Part shown: piece after piece, positions 61,493 to 64,000 of the stretch
How positions within the stretch are numbered: position 1 is the first letter of the stretch
How the letters are laid out: each line of letters opens with the position of its first letter
NCBI GenBank assembly: GCA_017499595.2
Contig: CM039007.1
Location: forward strand, 2,232,001 to 2,296,000
Direction of reading: 5' to 3'
Source: Psilocybe cubensis
Taxonomy: Eukaryota
Length of the DNA stretch: 64,000 bases
The notes under the pieces: model-generated
Told to the model about the DNA's origin: nothing
Seen by the model: the letters and a program-made list of their open reading frames with translations, nothing else
Database searches by the model: none
Position numbers and translations under genes: made by a program

Positions 61493-61915
61493 TGTAAGAA
61501 AACTAGTAACGAGCTCAGTCGTGTTCGAGCAGAACGACTAATATATTTGTAAGTACCTAGTAACGAGCTGGTACAAATGTATAAGTAAAGAAGTAAATAA
61601 GAAACAAACAAGAGAATCTCACCTCAGTCGTGTTCGAGCAGAACGACTGAGGTTCGAGTGAACGAAAGCACACATTTTATATGCGTGCACTACTACTGTA
61701 CATAAATGATAATAGATATGAAACACAAAGTAGATTGCAGTAGAATTGCAAAGGAATGAAAATGGGATAGTGGCAAGAGCGCCCGAGAATGAACAGAACA
61801 AAAGATATAATACAGATAATAAATTGTACATACTTGTGGCACTTCGTGGATGCCCTGGGCAGGGCTTATTGTGCGCCGAACGCGCTCGATGCGTTTGCTT
61901 AGTGCACATCTCACA
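61493..61915 (-). repeat. 3' LTR of a third copia family, with PPT at ~61916-61927
   Basis: Minus strand tttgagggggag|TGTGAGA...CTTACA; internal repeats ctcagtcgtgttcgagcagaacgact. Confidence 0.85.
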
Positions 61916-61922
61916 CTCCCCC

Positions 61923-64000
61923 TCAAACGGATACAAGCCCAAGCTCGGCCACGAAGTGTTTGACTTTGGGGGAAGGAAGCGCCTTTGTGAGGGCGTCGGC
62001 GACCATGTCGTCGGTTGGGCAATAGACAAGTCGAATCGAACCATTTTTGACGATCCAGCGAATGAAGTGGAAACGGATATCGATATGCTTAGTGCGTGCA
62101 TGATATTGGTGGTCCTTTGTGAGCGCAATGGCGGATTGATTGTCAGAAAATAAGACTGTAGTGTCGAGGGAGGAGGGGAATAGATCCTTGAGGAGGGATC
62201 GCAGCCAGAGACCTTCCTTCGCGGCGTGAGTAATCGCAACATACTCGGATTCGGTTGTCGAGAGTGAAATAATCTCCTGTCGCTTCGCCGACCAGAAGAT
62301 TGCGCTGCCGTGTAAAATAAAAGCGTACCCGCTGATAGCATGCCGATCCTCGGCCATGCTCCCATCCGCATCTGCGTACCCTGCTAACTCCCTCTGCTGT
62401 CCTCCATATGACAGCCAGAGATCCTTCGTGCCCTTCAGATAGCGAAAAATTTGCTTTACCGCCTCCCAATGAGCCTCGCCGGCATTCGTTGAGAAGCGAG
62501 AAACAGTCTGGACGGCATAAGCGATGTCGGGGCGCGTACCAAGTGACGCGTACATGAGCGATCCAACAGCTTCGTGATACGGAACGTCGCGCATCTTCGC
62601 AAATTGAGCAGTTGTGGTCGGGGATTGAGCAGATGTGAGTCGGGTGTTCGGATCCATGGGAAGCAAGATGGGCTTGAGGTCTTGGAGGCCATATTGACGT
62701 ATAATGGAGTCGATATACGAGCGTTGGGAGAGAAAAATGCGACGCACAGCGCGATCGCGAATGATTTTGATACCCAACAACCAGTGTATGTCGCCTAAAT
62801 CCGTGATATCAACGTGCTTACTAATCGCAAGTTTGAACTCAGCTATGAGCTCAGCCCGTGTTGCCACGATCGTGCAATCATCAACGTGTACCAACACGAT
62901 GACCAGCTCCCCTTGCCCTCCCTTCCTCACGAACACGGCCTGATCCACCGCGCACCTCGAGAAGCCGAGGTGCTTCACCATAATTTCGACGAGCCGCTCA
63001 TACCAACGACGACCCGCCTGCTTCAGGCCGTACAAGGCCTTTCAAAGACGATACACCTGGGTGGAGGATGATGAGGTCGCGACAGCGTAACCAGGCGCTT
63101 GTCGCATATAGATGACCTCGTCGGGCTTGAGGACACCGTTCAGGTAAGCCCCCTTGATGTCTATTTGCTGGATTTCGTAGTTATTGACAGCAGCAACCGC
63201 GAGTACAGCCCGAATAGATGCAAGACGCGAAACGGGCGCGAACGTGTCGAAGTAGTCGACACCCGGCACTTGAGAGAAGCCCTGCGCGACGAGACGCGCT
63301 TTGTAGCGTACAACGTTGCCTGCGGCGTCCTTCTTCGCGCGGTATACCCACTTCGAACCAACAATGTTCGCATTTTCAGGTGCGTCGACGATCTCCCATG
63401 TCCCTGCCTTCTTCAACATCTCAATTTCCTCATCCATCGCCGCCTTCCACAGCAACCAGTCGGGGCGCCTTTTTGCCTCCGTCAGCTATCGCGGCTCAAG
63501 CGCTTCCACATCCGCAGCATCGGCCACGAGTGCGTAGACGTCGTCGTACTCGACAACATCGTATTCGGCAAGGAGCGACGCGTCCTCCCCCTCAACATCA
63601 ACGGATTGTGACGACGAGGGAGCAGGAGGTTCGGTGGATGGTACCGTGATGCCCCTGGTGATTCTGGGGTCACTCGGGCGATGGGATGCGACACCGACGC
63701 CTTCGAGGATGTCGCGGATGCGTCGGGTGGGCTTTCAAGCGCGTTTTGGATGTGTCTCGGGCTCTGAGGCGCTGTCCGTGGCATTATCGGGTTCAATTTC
63801 GACGCGAGGTGTCGCTTGGGAGGTACTGGGGGTAGCCAGAGGTTCAACGGGGGCTTCAGCAGGCTGGTTTGCAGCCTGATATTCGGTGAGTTCGTCCGTC
63901 TTCGTTTCGACAATCTCCCAATCCTCCCCCTCGAGACGAGAGACTGACGATAGCGTCTTGTCATAATAGACATTTCGCTCCACCGTCACGGTCTTCTTGT
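61923..64000 (-). pseudogene. Copia pol (linker-RT-RNase H) with point nonsense mutations; runs off the right edge
   Basis: KWVY..YKARLVAQGFSQVPGVDY; YGLKQAGR; HVDD; YADAD; STTESEY; TKHIDIRFHF; ADALTK. TGA stops at ~63042, 63482, 63735. Confidence 0.93.

Overview
The window contains no recognisable host gene and is almost entirely nested transposable elements. It is probably heterochromatin of a basidiomycete (Agaricomycete-like) fungus, inferred from GT-AG introns and KDZ/TET-JBP, chromovirus and copia content. (1) 1-20761: head-to-tail array with 2950-bp period. One longer Ty1/copia copy runs off the left edge and six RT-less copies (LTR-gag-PR-IN) each keep an open 753-aa ORF. (2) 21-35.5 kb: decayed copia/gypsy relics, a solo LTR, a tRNA-derived SINE and AT-rich relics. 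(3) 36018-53280: a fully delimited KDZ-type DNA transposon with 303-bp TIRs and a 7-bp TSD. It carries a CxC2-KDZ transposase, a TET/JBP dioxygenase and four other cargo genes, splits a chromovirus chromodomain, and has a PIF/Harbinger element in its left TIR. (4) 55309-59785: a foldback element with ~965-bp TIRs. Inside it is a 1.58-kb mini-LTR element (TSD, PPT, Tf1-like self-priming site) whose only gene is an intact KH-domain protein, the most novel-looking item. (5) 59799-64000: two nested copia elements. Coordinates were read by eye and family calls come from motif recognition, not database searches.
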